Positions 50,810 to 63,908 of a stretch of 64,000 bases of DNA are shown here, one piece after another (position 1 is the first letter of the stretch; every line of letters begins with the position of its first letter). The translations under genes and the position numbers were made by a program. Source of the DNA: Felis catus (lineage: Eukaryota); assembly GCF_018350175.1 (NCBI RefSeq), contig NC_058368.1, positions 50,283,815-50,347,814 of the forward strand. Reading direction: 5' to 3'. A model generated the notes under the pieces. It saw nothing but the letters and a program-made list of their open reading frames with translations. It ran no database searches and had not been told where the DNA came from.

Positions 50810-51260
50810 AATTGAAGGTCATCTATTGTATTTAGTTATCATGTTTTCTTTTTAGTTTTTTCAATCTGGAATAGTTCTTTAGTCTTTTTTCCCCCCATGA
50901 CCTTGACATTTTGAACAGAGGACAGATATTTTGTGGAATTTGCCTAAAATTGGGTTTGTCTGATATTTCCTCAATATTGGATTTAGGTTATGTACTTTCT
51001 GGGGGCTAGGGATAATACAGAAATATACAACATTTTCTTTCTCACTGAAGAATATCAACTGGCACATGAAGTTGAATTGCCCTCCTATTGACGATGTTAC
51101 TTCAGTCTCTTGGTTAAGGTGATGTCCGTCAGGTTTCTTCACTGTAAAGTTACCACTTTTCTCTATGTAAATTTAAGTATCTTGTAGACTATACATTAAG
51201 TTATATAATGTCCTGCTTGTCGTCAAACTTTTACCCATTGGTTTTAGTATCCAAATTGGT
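50810..51260 (-). mobile_element. Old L1 (L1MC-like) 3' UTR fragment
   Basis: tcaatctggaatagttc...catgaccttgacattttgaa...gggtttgtctgatatttcctc. Confidence 0.65.
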
Positions 51261-51569
51261 AACATTTGAATAAAGACTATTAATTAGGTAATATTATTAT
51301 AATGTTAATTTATTGACTTTGATAAGTATACTGTATTTATGTCAGAGTATGTGTATCTCAGAACAAAACAATGAAACACTTATAATGAAGCAGATATATA
51401 ATTACTAATTATCTGAAAAACTTCAAAGGAGGTGAACAGGTTGTAGTATTGGAGAATAATAAGAAATCTACTTATATAGAATAGTCATGGAAGGCTTCTC
51501 TAAGGACGTGATATATAAGCCAAGTTCAGTATGACACTGAGTAAGTTAGCCAAATAGAAAGATTAAACT

Positions 51570-52150
51570 GATATCATATAAATAATATCTACTGAATTTA
51601 ATGACACATTAAAAAATCATTCACTATAAATGGTTTATCCCAAATGCAATGACAGTTTTCTATTAGGAAATCTATTAATGTAATTGATCACATCTATATA
51701 TCCATTAAAAACAAAGATATTTAAATAAGGGGTATAGCTTTTAGAAAGGAAGATTCAAATTATTATTTCAATTGGCATGATTGTATGTAATTGGAAATTC
51801 CAAGAGAATGAACTAAAACCTCTTACCAATAATAAAGGAGCCAGAGATAATAGAAAGACATAGAGAAATATAAGAAATATCAATATCTATACTATTTAGA
51901 AGCAATATCCAGCTACATGATAAAATGGTAAACATTTCTATGCTGATAGCAATGAAAAATCTTAACTAAAAAAATCCTGATAAGACATGCGCAGAAGTTA
52001 TTGAAATAAAGTATAAAATTTTATTAAGAAAAATAAGTAATATTGGAGTAAACAGGTCTACTGTTTAGTACTGTCATACTAAAGCAATAGTATTTTATCC
52101 TTCAGGCCAGAACTTACAAACTTGTAATTCCTATGGATAAAGAGTGAAGA
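51570..52150 (+). mobile_element. Highly decayed L1 ORF2 fragment
   Basis: ggtttatcccaaatgcaa..attaggaaatctattaatgtaatt..catgattgtatgtaattggaaattccaagagaat. Confidence 0.55.
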
Positions 52151-52176
52151 GTTACAAAGGGAATTTCACATTCTTT

Positions 52177-52387
52177 TTTTAAAAATTTTTTTAATGTTTA
52201 TTTTTGAGAGAGAGACAGAATGTGAGCCAGGAAGGAGCAGAGAGAGAGGGAGACACAGAATCTGAAGCAGGCTGCATGCTCTGAGCTGTCAGCACAGAGC
52301 CCGATGCAGGGCTGGAACTCACAAACTGTGAGATCATGACCTGAGCTGAAGTTAGATGCTCAACTGACTGAGCCACCCAGGTGCCCT
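52177..52387 (-). mobile_element. Can-SINE
   Basis: Perfect TSD gggaatttcacattcttt at 52159-52176 and 52388-52405. Confidence 0.96.
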
Positions 52388-52405
52388 GGGAATTTCACAT
52401 TCTTT

Positions 52406-52425
52406 TTTTTTTTTTTAGGTGAATT

Positions 52426-52460
<35 letters not shown>

Positions 52461-52807
52461 TTAAATATATGAAATTTATTGTCAAATTGGTTTCCGTACA
52501 ACACCCAGGGCTCATCCCAACAGGTGCCCTCCTCAATACCCATCACCCACCCTCCTCTCCCTTCCACCCCCCATCAGCTCTCAGTTTGTTCTCAGTTTTT
52601 AAGAGTCTCTTATGCTTTGGCTCTCTCCCACTCTTTTTTTTTTCCTTCCCCACCCCCATGGGTTCCTGTTAAGTTTCTCAGGATCCACATAAGAGTGAAC
52701 ACATATGGTTATCTGTCTTTCTCTGTATGGCTTATTTCACTTAGCATAACACTCTCCAGTTCCATCCACGTTGCTACAAAGGGCCATATTTCATTCTTTC
52801 TCATTGC
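52406..52807 (-). mobile_element. Short 5'-truncated young felid L1
   Basis: T tract and (TTTA)n tail, L1 3' UTR; TSD cacattcttt at 52396-52405 and 52808-52817. Confidence 0.93.
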
Positions 52808-53044
52808 CACATTCTTTAAAATTATATTCCAAGAATCAACAGTCTGAGCACTGTAATTAACATCATCTGGTTGGGAGGACAAAGGAGAGTGGTGTGGAAT
52901 ATAGCCACATAGAAATATGCATTCCTTTGAAAGACAGCAGTGTTACTTAGCTCCTGCTGAGTTGATTCCATACGGGAATTGAAGTACAATTCAGTTTCAA
53001 TGTTGTCAGATATACTTTTTATTTCCAAGAGATTCCACAAATTA

Positions 53045-53256
53045 ATTCATTGTTTTTTTAAAAGGTTATATGTTTGTTTTGAGAGAGAGAGAGAGAGAGA
53101 AAGCATGAGTCTGGGAGGGGCAGACAGAGAGAGAAGAAAGTGAGAATCCCAAGCAGGCTCTGTACTGTCAGTGCAGAGCCCAAGATGTGACTCAAACCCA
53201 CCAATCGTGAGATCATGACCTGAGATCATTCAACTGACTTAGCACCCAAGCGCCCC
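53045..53256 (-). mobile_element. Can-SINE
   Basis: TSD agagatt(cca/ctg)caaatt. Confidence 0.92.
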
Positions 53257-54867
53257 TAGAGATTCTGCAAATTTAAAAATGTATATGAAGTGATCTGATC
53301 TGTGAAATTTGTCAACCATTTCAACTGTTTAAAAGAGTATTTATATACACCAATACTGCAAAGACCAAAGAAAATACATCTGCAGACTGCATCTAGCTGG
53401 AGGGACACATATTTGTGGGCCTCTTTTAAGCAATGGGAAGAATAAATGTCTACAAAAATATCACATCATTAATAGTTCATATCTGGTTTGAGGCCTGGAC
53501 ACTGATCAAAGGGTTGAAATAAAATACAGTTGGTTATTACATTGTAATATAATATGAATTCCCTATTACCTTTGATGATTCGGAACACTTTAGTGTTTGG
53601 TGAAGCTCCAGTTATAATTATGATAACTGAATTTAGTTTTTCTATAGAACAGAAGTACAACTGGTTTTACAAAGTGTCAATTAATAAAATGTGATATATC
53701 ATCTTTTTATTCACTAATTTAAAAATTTTTTGAGTACCTACTATTGTCAGATACTATTTGAGGCATAGGGGACAGGGCACTGACAAGTATACCAAAACTA
53801 TCTGCCCTCAGGGAGCTTTCATTTGACAGTGCCTTTCTAAGTAGATGAAGTAATCATTTCTGTATCACATAGTTATATGCTGTAAAATAGTAATGGTCCC
53901 TTCAAGTGTTCCTGTTTTGAAAGATAATTACATTCTATTGGACTTTCATTAGCTTCTTCTAATGGTGTCCTTGGCCCCAGTGCTCAGTTCATTAGCTTGT
54001 GTTAATTAGAATTCCAGAAATATATTTGAAATGCCATAACCTTAATTTTAAAAATGAAATTATTGGTTACATGTTTGAACATTAGATACTACACATAATT
54101 TATGCATGGCCCCTGTGAGGTGGTCTATACTTAGATGTGATTGCGGGAATTTGTACTATATTTGCAAATCATTAATGCCAACTTAACTTTACCTATATAA
54201 TTCTCAAATTAAAAGGCGACTAAGTTTTACATAAACATTTTTTCTGTAATATAGCTAATATAGATTGGAAATAGGGAGAATATATGGAATAATTGCTACT
54301 GGGGGCATAACAGGGCAAAATACTGAACATGGAACAGTGATATGGACACATTCCCTTTTTAAATATTTGCATAAACTTTCAGAAGTTTCTTAAATACATT
54401 TCTTTCAGACCAGTTGTACTCTGATATTCTTATATGGTACTTGCAGTCTTTAGGGAAGAAAAATGAATGAAGAGTAATACTCATAGGTCTATAAGATACA
54501 TAAATAATTAAGGCATGCCACAGACATGAAACACACCTGTCGATAAGTGAAATGAATTTAGAACCATTTTGGATAGCTTGGGACCACAAGTCATATAAAT
54601 GGGTAAAAATCTTGATCAGATTTTCTATAGTATCACTTCTAGAATTGGGTCTGGACACAGGACCCAAGAATTGGGACACAGGAGCCAAGGGAATTGGCCT
54701 GGAGCTAGAGTGTGGTAGCAGTAAGTAAAGAAAGAAGCAAGGCAACAGGGCCAATGATTTGACCTGGAAAAGCAACAGATGAACATGATTTTCCAAATGT
54801 CATACAGTACTGAGAGACATAGGCCCTTGTCTCGCCTCCTTCCACTACTAGTCCTGCTTCCCCAAAG

Positions 54868-55002
54868 CAACTATATATACATATAATTATATATATAATA
54901 CATATACGCATGTACATACGTATGTATATACATATATACATATACGTAGTACATATACATATAATATACATATATACATATAATTATATGTATATATAGT
55001 TG
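54868..55002. repeat. TA-rich low-complexity tract bounded by a perfect 25-bp inverted repeat
   Basis: caactatatatacatataattatat (54868-54892) is the exact reverse complement of 54978-55002. Confidence 0.9.
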
Positions 55003-55569
55003 AATTAGTAGCAGCTAATGTTTAAATTATGCCTAGATCAGCCAATATGCTGTTGAGCTAATTGACTCACTGTGATATTCCATTTTCTTTTTTTTTCTTT
55101 CTTAGAGTTAATATAAATATTTGCATTTTTCATTTGGACATGTTTCAGTGTTCTCTGTTATTAATATATTTTCAAAATGCTCAACAAACCTGATATGGCC
55201 AAGCATAATTATTAGCTGCATTCGTTTCTTGGAAGGCTTCCTTCTGGAGCCAGCTCTCCTCTTGCCTCTATGAAGGTTGGCAAATCTCTGGGTCTGTTGG
55301 CCAGTAGAACCCTGGTATTCCCTTTCACTACTTCCTGGACCTCATGTATTTTTCTTTTGTGGTTTTCATCCTTGTTTTGTTGGAGAACATCCTCTTATAG
55401 CTTCCTAAAAAACCTGTGACCATTAATGGAAAGTTTCAGTTTATAGAATGTGGAACAAACTTTCATTCATTTATTCACTCATTCACTCATCCAACAAATA
55501 TCTTTTGAGCACTAGCCATATACCAAACTATTCAATAATTTCTCAGGAGAGGCTATATTAAGGATATTA

Positions 55570-56090
55570 ATGAGATTATGCCACCCATTTGTTTGAAACC
55601 CTTTGGTTGCTTCTCTTTAGCCTTAAAATAAATTCCATACTGGCTCCTGAATGATTTGACTCCACTTCTCTGGCCACCCACATTTCATGTCACTCTGGCA
55701 ATCTCTGATTCTAGGAACACAACTGGCTGTTTAGCAGCATGACCTCTTCCGTTGTATATGTTGCTCTTGCCCTAGATGTTTACATGCCTGGTGTCTCATC
55801 ATTCAGAACATAGCTTAACTGTTATTTCCTTAGAAGCCTCTCTGAGCTCTTTCTAAAAAGTCTCCTACCCCTTTTCATCTTTATCATAGTTCCTTGTTTA
55901 ATTCCTTTGTGGCAATAATAAACATTTTAATAAATGCATTAATTTATTGACTTGCCTATTGCCTATCTCCTTCATTAGAATGTAAACTTGATCAGGGCAG
56001 GGACTTCGGCTTGTTCATCATTGTATTCTTGCAGACTAGTACAGTATAGGGAATGGAATCACTTTTAAAGAAATATTTGTTGATGCATTA
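55570..56090 (+). mobile_element. L2 3' end
   Basis: ttagaatgtaaacttgatcagggcagggact...aaatatttgttga. Confidence 0.7.
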
Positions 56091-57594
56091 ATCAGTTTGA
56101 AAAATTAACTGAAATGACTGGTTCATAGACTCTACTGTTTAGGGCAAAGTGTTGGGAGAAATGGACTGCTGTTTACCTGGTTTCTGGGTACTACTCTGAT
56201 TTCTTCTCTCAGTACTCGGCTTTGTGGGTTTCAGCTGCATTGAGCTTGCCAGAGTTTCTTGAATAAGCCACTTGCTCTCCCTCCTTTGGTCTGTAGCACA
56301 GTGCTGTATCCTCTGATATGCCTTATGTTCTCTACTCTCCTGTGCCTGACTTATCTCCACTTGGTCCCCAGGCATCCCACCAAATTTCAGCTCCTCTGTG
56401 GAAATCAATGCTGACAATTCTAAGACTGAATCTGGTAGTTGTTTTATAAGTTACTATACTCTTTGTATTCAGCCTTTAATAGCACTTTGCATATGGTCAG
56501 AATTGGCCCTTTTACTTTTCTGTTATTCACATAAGAAATAAACTCCTAGAAAGCAGAGAGACTGAAACTTGTTCACTCTTTTCTCAGCATGCACAATGGA
56601 TGTTTCAAAATAGGTACTCAGTTTATAATTGTTAAATGAAAAACTTGTGTAAGTAAATGAATACTGATAGAGAATATACTGCACAGGAAATAATATCTTT
56701 AGAAAAATGTTTTGGAGATGGAATGGGCAAACAGCAATCTGTAGAGAGAACTTTTTTTTTTTTTTTTAATGAGGTGATAGACCGTAAGAACATAGCCTGA
56801 GGAAAATGGCAAAAATAATTTTATGTTAGCACATCAGAAATGAGGGACTACATCAATGCCAAGGCCACTGTAGGAAGAGTGTTTTAGTGGAGGGTGACAG
56901 AATTCTGATTGTAATGCAGGAAGAGATACTGGCTATCAAATGAGGAGGTAGGGTTGATGAACGCAGATATATGTCACACAGTGATGACAACTAACATACA
57001 GTGGGAAATTTGATGCAATTATTATTACTCTAATATGTGCTGGGTATTGTATTCATGTGCTTTCTATACATCATCTCTACCCGAACAATAACCTATGTTA
57101 TTTCTACTTTAGAGATAAAGATAGCCATCTATGGCAGCCTTCAAAACTGGTGTTCTTTTCTTCAGTTCCATTACTCGACACTGTGAATAAACAAACCAAG
57201 AAAACAGAGTCGCATGAGTTTTAACATTGAAACAACAAGGTTTCTTAAGTCCTCATCTGGCTTAAAAATATTGAAATGAAGTTCTTGATTTATAAATCTA
57301 CGTAGTTGTAGAGAACGATGTGTATGCTCAGAGTCTTAACTCCACACACTTTGATGAAAATATTATTCATGGAGTTTTAATAGCTTGAATTTTAGTATGG
57401 AAGTTTGGATTTTAAAAAATTATAAAACTATTCATTGAATTATAAAATGCAAACTGAAAAAGCAAAGAAATTATAAGTGTGCAATTGGATTAATTTTTAT
57501 AAATTAAACACATGTATGACTGTCCTAAAAATGTAGATGTTGAATATAATAGGGCAAAGTCAATATGGCAGTAGGAAGAAAAAGAGAGGAGGCT

Positions 57595-57772
57595 TGGGAG
57601 GAAGCCCATACTCACAGGTTCTAGAGGTAGGGGTCACCATGTGCTACGCAGAGCCACAGGGGAAGCACCAGAGAGTGGTTAGGTGACAAAAGACAGGTGA
57701 CAGGGGAGAGTCTAGACCAGAGACTGTATTGGGTTTTCCACAGGAAGGCAAGGCAAGGCAGAGTAAATAGTA
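57595..57772 (-). mobile_element. ERVL-class LTR fragment
   Basis: atactcacaggttctagagg...gccacaggggaagcaccag...ggaaggcaaggcaaggcag resembles old ERVL LTRs; subfamily not certain. Confidence 0.45.
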
Positions 57773-59020
57773 AACTTATTGATTTAAATTCTTTAATGAT
57801 ATAGGTCTATTGAGATTGTCTCTTTCTTCTTGTGTGAGTTTTGGCAGATTGTCTCTTTCAAGGAAGTGGTGAATGGTATCTAGGTTATCAGATTTATTGG
57901 CATTGAGTGTTCATAGTATTCCTTGATTATCCTGTTAATATCAGTGGGATTGGAGTAATGTCCCTCTTTAATTTTTAAATCAGTAATTTGTTTTCTCCAT
58001 TTTTTTTCTCTGTTTTCCTGGCTAGAGGCTTATTGATTTGGTTGATCTTATCAAAGAATCAGATTTTGATTTTGCTGTTTTTCTCTATTGATTTTTTGTT
58101 TTTCAATTTCATTGATTTGTGTTTTAATGTTATTATTTCTTTTCTTTGCTTCCTTTGGATTTAATTTTCTCTTTATTTTCTAGTTTCCTAAGGTGGAAGC
58201 TTAGATGATTCATTTTAGATCTTTTCTTCTTTTTAAAAATATATTCATTCATTGCTATAAATTTCATACTTAGTATTGATTTCACTGTATCCCACAAATT
58301 TTGATAAATTATGTTTCCATTTTCATTTAGTTCAAAATATTTTAAAACTCTCTTATTTTTTCATTGATTCATGTAATATTTAGATGCCTGTTGTTTAAGC
58401 TCTAAATATTTTGGGGTTTTCTACCTATCATCTGTTACTGATTTCTAGTTTAGTTCCATTGTCATTTGAGAGCAGACATTGTATGATTTCTATTAATTTT
58501 ATTAATGTGTATTTTATGGCCCAGAATGTGGGCTATCTTGGTGAGTATTCCATGATATTTTGAGAAGAATGTGTATCCTGCTACTGCTGTATCACATAGT
58601 CTGTAGATGTCCATTATATCCAATTGATTTATGGTATTATTGAGTTCAAATATGTCCTTAATGATTTTATGTCTGCTGGATCTTTCCATATCTGAAAGGG
58701 GTGATGTAGTCTGCAACTATCAGTGGATTCATGTATTTCTCCTTGGAGCTTTTGATGCTCTGTTGCTAGGCATATACACAGGATCATTATATCTTCTTGG
58801 GGAATTGACCCCTTTATCATATATAATGCTACTCTTTATCCATTATAAATTTCCTTGCATTAAAGTTGGCTTTGCTGAAAGTAGTATAGTTACTCCCACT
58901 TTCTTTTGATTAGTGTTAGCATGGCATATGTTTTTTTCATCCATTTACTTTTATTCTATATATGTCTTCATATTTAAGTTAATTTTTCTTGTAGAAAACA
59001 TATGGTTGTGTCTTGTTTTT

Positions 59021-59236
59021 GTTTTTTCTCTTTTAAAAAATTTTAATTCCAGTATAGTTAACATAGAGTGTTATATTACTTTCAAGTATACAGTATAGTG
59101 ATTCAACAATTCCACATATTACCCAGTGCTTATCAAGACAAGTGCACTCCTTAATCCCTATCACCTATTTCACCCATCCTGCCACCCACCTGCCCTCTGG
59201 TAGCCATCAGTTTGTTCTCTATGGTTAAGTGTCAGC

Positions 59237-59286
<50 letters not shown>

Positions 59287-59570
59287 TTTTGCCTTTGCTT
59301 ATTTGTTTTCTTTCTTAAATTCCACATCTGAGTGAAATCCTATGGTATTTGTCTTTCTCTGACTGAATTATTTCACTTAGCATTATACTCTCTAGCTCCA
59401 TCCATGTTGTCACAATTGGCAAGATTTTCATTCTTTTTTTATGACTGAGTAATGTGTGTGTGTGTGTGTGTGTGTGTGTACACAATTTGGCTATTGTAAA
59501 TAATGCTGCTATAAACATAGGGGTACATGTATCCCTTTGAGTTAGTGTTTTTGTATTTTTTGGGTAAAGA
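59021..59570 (-). mobile_element. 5'-truncated carnivore L1 3' end nested in the old L1
   Basis: CTPMFIAALFTIAK..WMELESIMLSE..KDKYH; degenerate TSD ggttg(tg/ca)tctt(g/a)ttttt at 59004 and 59571. Confidence 0.88.
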
Positions 59571-59890
59571 GGTTGCATCTTATTTTTTGATTCACTCTAA
59601 TAATCTGTTTTGTACTTCTATACTTTTTCAGCTTTTTGTACTTTTAATTGAGAATATTGTATGATTTCATTTTCTCCCCTTTCTTATCAGTTTTACTTTT
59701 TTACTTATTTTAATGGTTTTCCTAGAGTTTACAATATACATTCATAACCAATCCTTGTCCAATTTCATATAATATGGTACTGCTACATGGGTAGTACAAG
59801 TACTTTATAATAACAGAATAATAGTAATTCCTCTTTCCTGTCTCTTGTATCATTACTGTCATTCATTTTACTTAGATTACTGCATATATA

Positions 59891-60463
59891 GAGTTGACCC
59901 CTGCACAACACATGGTTAAAGGTGCTACCTACCCTTGCACTTGAAAATCCACATATACATATAACTTTTGGCTTTAAAAACTTAACTACTAATATCCTGC
60001 TGTTGAACAGAAGTCTTACTGATAACATAAACAGTCAATTAACAATGCTTTGTATGTTATGTGTATTATATACTGTATTCTTTCAATAAAGTAAGCTAGA
60101 GAAAAAATGTTATAAGAAAATCATAAGGAAGAGAAAATGTTTTTATAGTACTGTACTGTATTTATTTTAGTTCTTTAAATATTTGTTTATTTTGAGAGAC
60201 AGTGAGAGAGAAAAAGCACAAGTGGAGAAGGGGCAGAGGAAGAGGGAGAAAGAGAATCCCAAGCAGACTCAGTGCTGCCAGTGCAGAGCCAGACACAGGG
60301 CTTGATCCCATGAACTGCAAGATCATGACCTAAGCTGAAATTAAGAGTCAGATGCTTCATTTACTGAGATACATACCCAAGCACCCCTGTACTGTATTTA
60401 TTGAAAAATATGTGTATAAGTGGACCTGCACATTTCAAACCTGTGTTGTTCAAGGGTCAACTA
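59891..60463 (-). mobile_element. Tigger2-type non-autonomous DNA transposon split by a SINE
   Basis: TIRs agttgacccctgcacaacac / gtgttgttcaagggtcaact, with TA flanks. Confidence 0.88.
60167..60387 (-). mobile_element. Can-SINE inside Tigger2
   Basis: TSD tgtactgtatttatt at 60152-60166 and 60388-60402. Confidence 0.93.
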
Positions 60464-60575
60464 TATATATGAGATAACCATATACAGTATGTATATATAC
60501 ATAATTGAATAACTTGTTGCTATGATTTTGGACAAACTGTCATATGTTAGAGTAATTAAGAAAAAGAAAAGTTTT

Positions 60576-60787
60576 GGGGCACCTGGGTGGCGCAGTCGGT
60601 TAAGCGTCCAACTTCAGCCAGGTCACGATCTCGCGGTCCGTGAGTTCGAGCCCCACGTCGGGCTCTGGGCTGATGGCTCAGAGCCTGGAGCCTGTTTCCG
60701 ATTCTGTGTCTCCATCTCTCTCTGCCCCTCGCCCGTTCATGCTCTGTCTCTCTCTGTCCCCAAAATAAAAATAAACGTTGAAAAAAA
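60576..60787 (+). mobile_element. Young SINEC_Fc
   Basis: Perfect 18-bp TSD aagaaaaagaaaagtttt at 60558-60575 and 60788-60805. Confidence 0.97.
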
Positions 60788-60900
60788 AAGAAAAAGAAAA
60801 GTTTTAATTTTATTTTTACCTATTCCTTCCCTAATGCTCTTCCTTTCTTAAGAACAGAAATTGATCTACATTGTTTACCTCCTCTCTGAAGAACTTTTTT

Positions 60901-61087
60901 TAATGTTTATTTATTTATTTGAGAGAGAGAGCATGTGCACAGGGCAGAGAGAGAGGGAGACAAAGAATCCAGAGTAGGCTCTGAGCTGTCAGCACAGAGC
61001 CCAATGCAGGGCTTGAACCCACAAACCATGAGATCATGACCTGAACTGAATTCAGACACTTAACTGACTGAGTCGCCCATGTGCTCC
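60901..61087 (-). mobile_element. Can-SINE
   Basis: TSD aagaactt(t/c)tttt. Confidence 0.92.
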
Positions 61088-61408
61088 AAGAACTTCTTTT
61101 AACATTTCTTTCAAGGAAGGTCTACTGGCAACAAACTCTAATTTTTTGTTTGCTGTGAAAGTCTTTATTTCTCCTTCATTTTTGAAGGATAATTTCACAG
61201 GGTACAGAATTCTAGATTGATGTTTTTACCCTCTTAATACTTCAAATATTTCAATCCATTTTCTTCTTGCTACATGATTTATGAGAAGTCAGATGTAATT
61301 CTTATATTTTCTCCTCTTTTGAGAAGGGTTTTCCCCCTGATTTTTTTTTCAGGATTTTTTTCTTTATCTTTGATTTTCTGAAGTTAAAAATGGTATGCTT
61401 AAGTGTAG

Positions 61409-61411
<3 letters not shown>

Positions 61412-61449
<38 letters not shown>

Positions 61450-61464
61450 TGTGTATGTGTGTGT
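61412..61464. repeat. (TG)n microsatellite, imperfect
   Basis: TG run with two interruptions. Confidence 0.95.
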
Positions 61465-62919
61465 GATATCTTACTTGGTCTTCCTTGAGCTCTGTGGACC
61501 TGAGATTTGGTATCAGACATTAATTTTGGGGAAATTCTCTGTCATTAGTGCTTCAAATGTTTTTTCTGTTCCTGTCTGTTTCTTCTCCTTTGGGTATTCC
61601 CAATACATGTATGTTCCATCTTTTGTAGTTGTCCCACAATTCTTGGATATGCTGTTCTGTGTTTTTTTTTCCGTCTTTTTTCTCTTTACTTTTTAGTTTT
61701 GAATGTTTCCAGTGAGAGATCCTCAGACCTGGGGTTTCTTTCCTCAGCCATTTCTAGTCTAGTAATAAGCCCATCAAAGGTATTTTTCACTTTTGTTACA
61801 GTATTTTTGAACTGTAGCACTTCTGTTTGGTTCTTGGGATTTCCATGTCTCTGCTTACATTGCCTGTCTCTTCTTGTATGTTGTCTACTTTATCCAACAG
61901 ATCACTTAGCGTATTAATCATAGCTGTGTGTTTTAAATTTTAGTTTTGGTAATTCCAACATCCTTGCCATATCTGTGTCTGATTTTGATGACTGTGTTGT
62001 CTCTTCAAACCATCTTTTGCTTTTCAGTATGTTTTGTAATTTTTTTCTTGATAGCCAGGCATGATAAACTGGGCAAAAGGAGATGCTTTAAAATAGTAAT
62101 ATGTAAGTTGTCAGTAGTAATAGTAAGATGTCAGAGTAAGAGAAGCATAGTCCTGTGATTAGGTGCCACTCTTTTTGTGCACTTGTACCTCTAGATGGGG
62201 ACCTTTTACATGATTCTCAGTTCCTCCTCCCACTTAGGTGGGAAAGGATGGAGGGAGCTGGAGTGGGGTATTTCCCTTCACCTAATGGAAAACTATACCC
62301 AGCTGGAGTCAGTTATTAGGCTCTGATGAAACTCTAGCAGGTTAGTTTCTCCTGAGGGCAGACCTTATTAAGAACAGATGTTCTAAGGTATTTCAAAATG
62401 GTTCCTTTTTCACGTCACCTACCAGAGGCACAGGGCAGTTTTCTCCAACGTTTACTGTTAGATAGAGCTGCTGGAGTTAAAACTCACAAAAAATGCAGCA
62501 TCCCTGATGATTGGGTTACCCTGGAGTTTTCATCTCTCAGATTGTCCACTCTGAGCTTCCAGGAATTTATCAGTTATAGTTCAGGCTTCCTTACCTTGCA
62601 CTGTTCCTGTGGAAGTTGCTGTTCCTGGATTTCTGCTCAGGTAATTTGTGAGCCTCTGTATTCCCCTGTGAATACATCTTTAATTTTGGTGGTAGCACTT
62701 TGCTCTGTAATCTTCTACAGATCTAGGAAGAGTTGTTGCTTTTCCTGTTTGTTGCGCTTTCTACTTGTTAGGATGGAGTGGGAAATTGCTGTCTGCTTAT
62801 ATGTTGGGCTGGAAACTCCTCATACAACTTTGATATTAATCTCTCATCAGCCTTTGATATCACTAATGCTTTCTCCCATTTCATGAACTTCCTTCATTGA
62901 ATAGAAACTTTGATTTAAA

Positions 62920-63147
62920 AAATTATGGTACAATACATATAATGTTTACCATCTAAGTCATTTTTAGGTGTATAGTTCAGCAGTGTTAAGCACATTCACA
63001 TTGTTGAACTTTTTCATCTTGAAAAGTAGAAATTCTATACCTGTAAACAACAGTTCTCAATTCTCCCCTCCCCCAGTTCCTGGAAACCATTATTCTACTT
63101 TCCCACTCTGTGAATTTGGTACTTCATATAAGTGTAGTCATACAGTA

Positions 63148-63198
<51 letters not shown>

Positions 63199-63230
63199 CT
63201 GGCTTATTTCATTTAGTTTAATGTCCTCAC
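62920..63230 (-). mobile_element. Old L1 (L1MB-like) 3' end containing (TG)n at 63150-63197
   Basis: tttaccatctaagtcattttt...agcacattcacattgttg...ccattattctactttc. Confidence 0.7.
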
Positions 63231-63518
63231 TTTGCCCATAGAAACTTTTAATTTTGATATATTCAAATCATTGAGTTTTGCCTTACTGATTATATAATTG
63301 AGATTTTAAGGGGACTTTTTCTTAGGTCACAAAATCACTCCTACAGTTCTGGAACTATAGAGAGCTACATATATGACAATTTTGCAAAGATACATTATTA
63401 GTTTTACATTATACATTTCGATATTTATTTCAACAGGGGTCCAACTTCAAATGTTTATATGGTTTTAAACAGGTATTCAGTTTTATCTTCTCCAGTGAGC
63501 CAGCTATTCCAATATCAT

Positions 63519-63908
63519 CTTTTTTTCTTCTTTTTTGAGAGAGAGGCAGAGAGAGAGGAAGGAGAGGATCTTTTCTTTTTTTTAATATTTATTTATTTTT
63601 GAGACAGAGAGAGTGAGAGCATGAGCAGGGGAGGGGCAGAGGGAGAGGGAGACACAGAATCTGAAGCAGGCTCCAGGCTCCAAGCTGTCAGCACAGAGTG
63701 GGGCTCAAATTCACAAACTGTGAGATCATGACCTGAGCTGAGGTCAGACATCCATCCAACTGAGCCACCCAGGAGCTCCAAGGGAGAGAATCTTAAGGAG
63801 GCTCTATGCTCAGCCTGGGGCCTGACTCATGGCTCAGTCTGTGAAATCATGATCTGAACCAAAATCAAGAGTCCGATGGTCAACTGACTGAACCACCCAG
63901 GTGCCCCC
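63519..63908 (-). mobile_element. Older Can-SINE containing a nested Can-SINE (63573-63779)
   Basis: Outer element is split at a duplicated target aaggagaggatctt (63559-63572) / aagggagagaatctt (63780-63794). Confidence 0.9.

Larger units (their letters stand above)
57776..62820 (-). mobile_element. Old L1 (5' UTR, ORF1, ORF2 endonuclease part) hosting nested L1, Tigger2 and SINEs
   Basis: ORF 58462-58716 LNNTINQLDIMDIYR..YTFFSKYHGILTKIAHILGHK matches L1 EN; ORF1-like sequence at 61100-62000. Confidence 0.85.

Noticed and set aside
54359..54796. 145-aa minus-strand ORF
   Set aside because: No domain or splice support; length is compatible with chance.
46108..55126. Several ATTTGCAT octamer motifs
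   Set aside because: A handful are expected by chance in 64 kb of AT-rich DNA.
62398..62886. 162-aa + strand ORF
   Set aside because: Antisense to an L1 5' region, with no protein features.
1658..63781. Recurrent ORFs such as AQVMIS..SLEPASDSVS and tRNA-like A/B boxes
   Set aside because: These are translations and promoter boxes of Can-SINEs, not genes or tRNAs.
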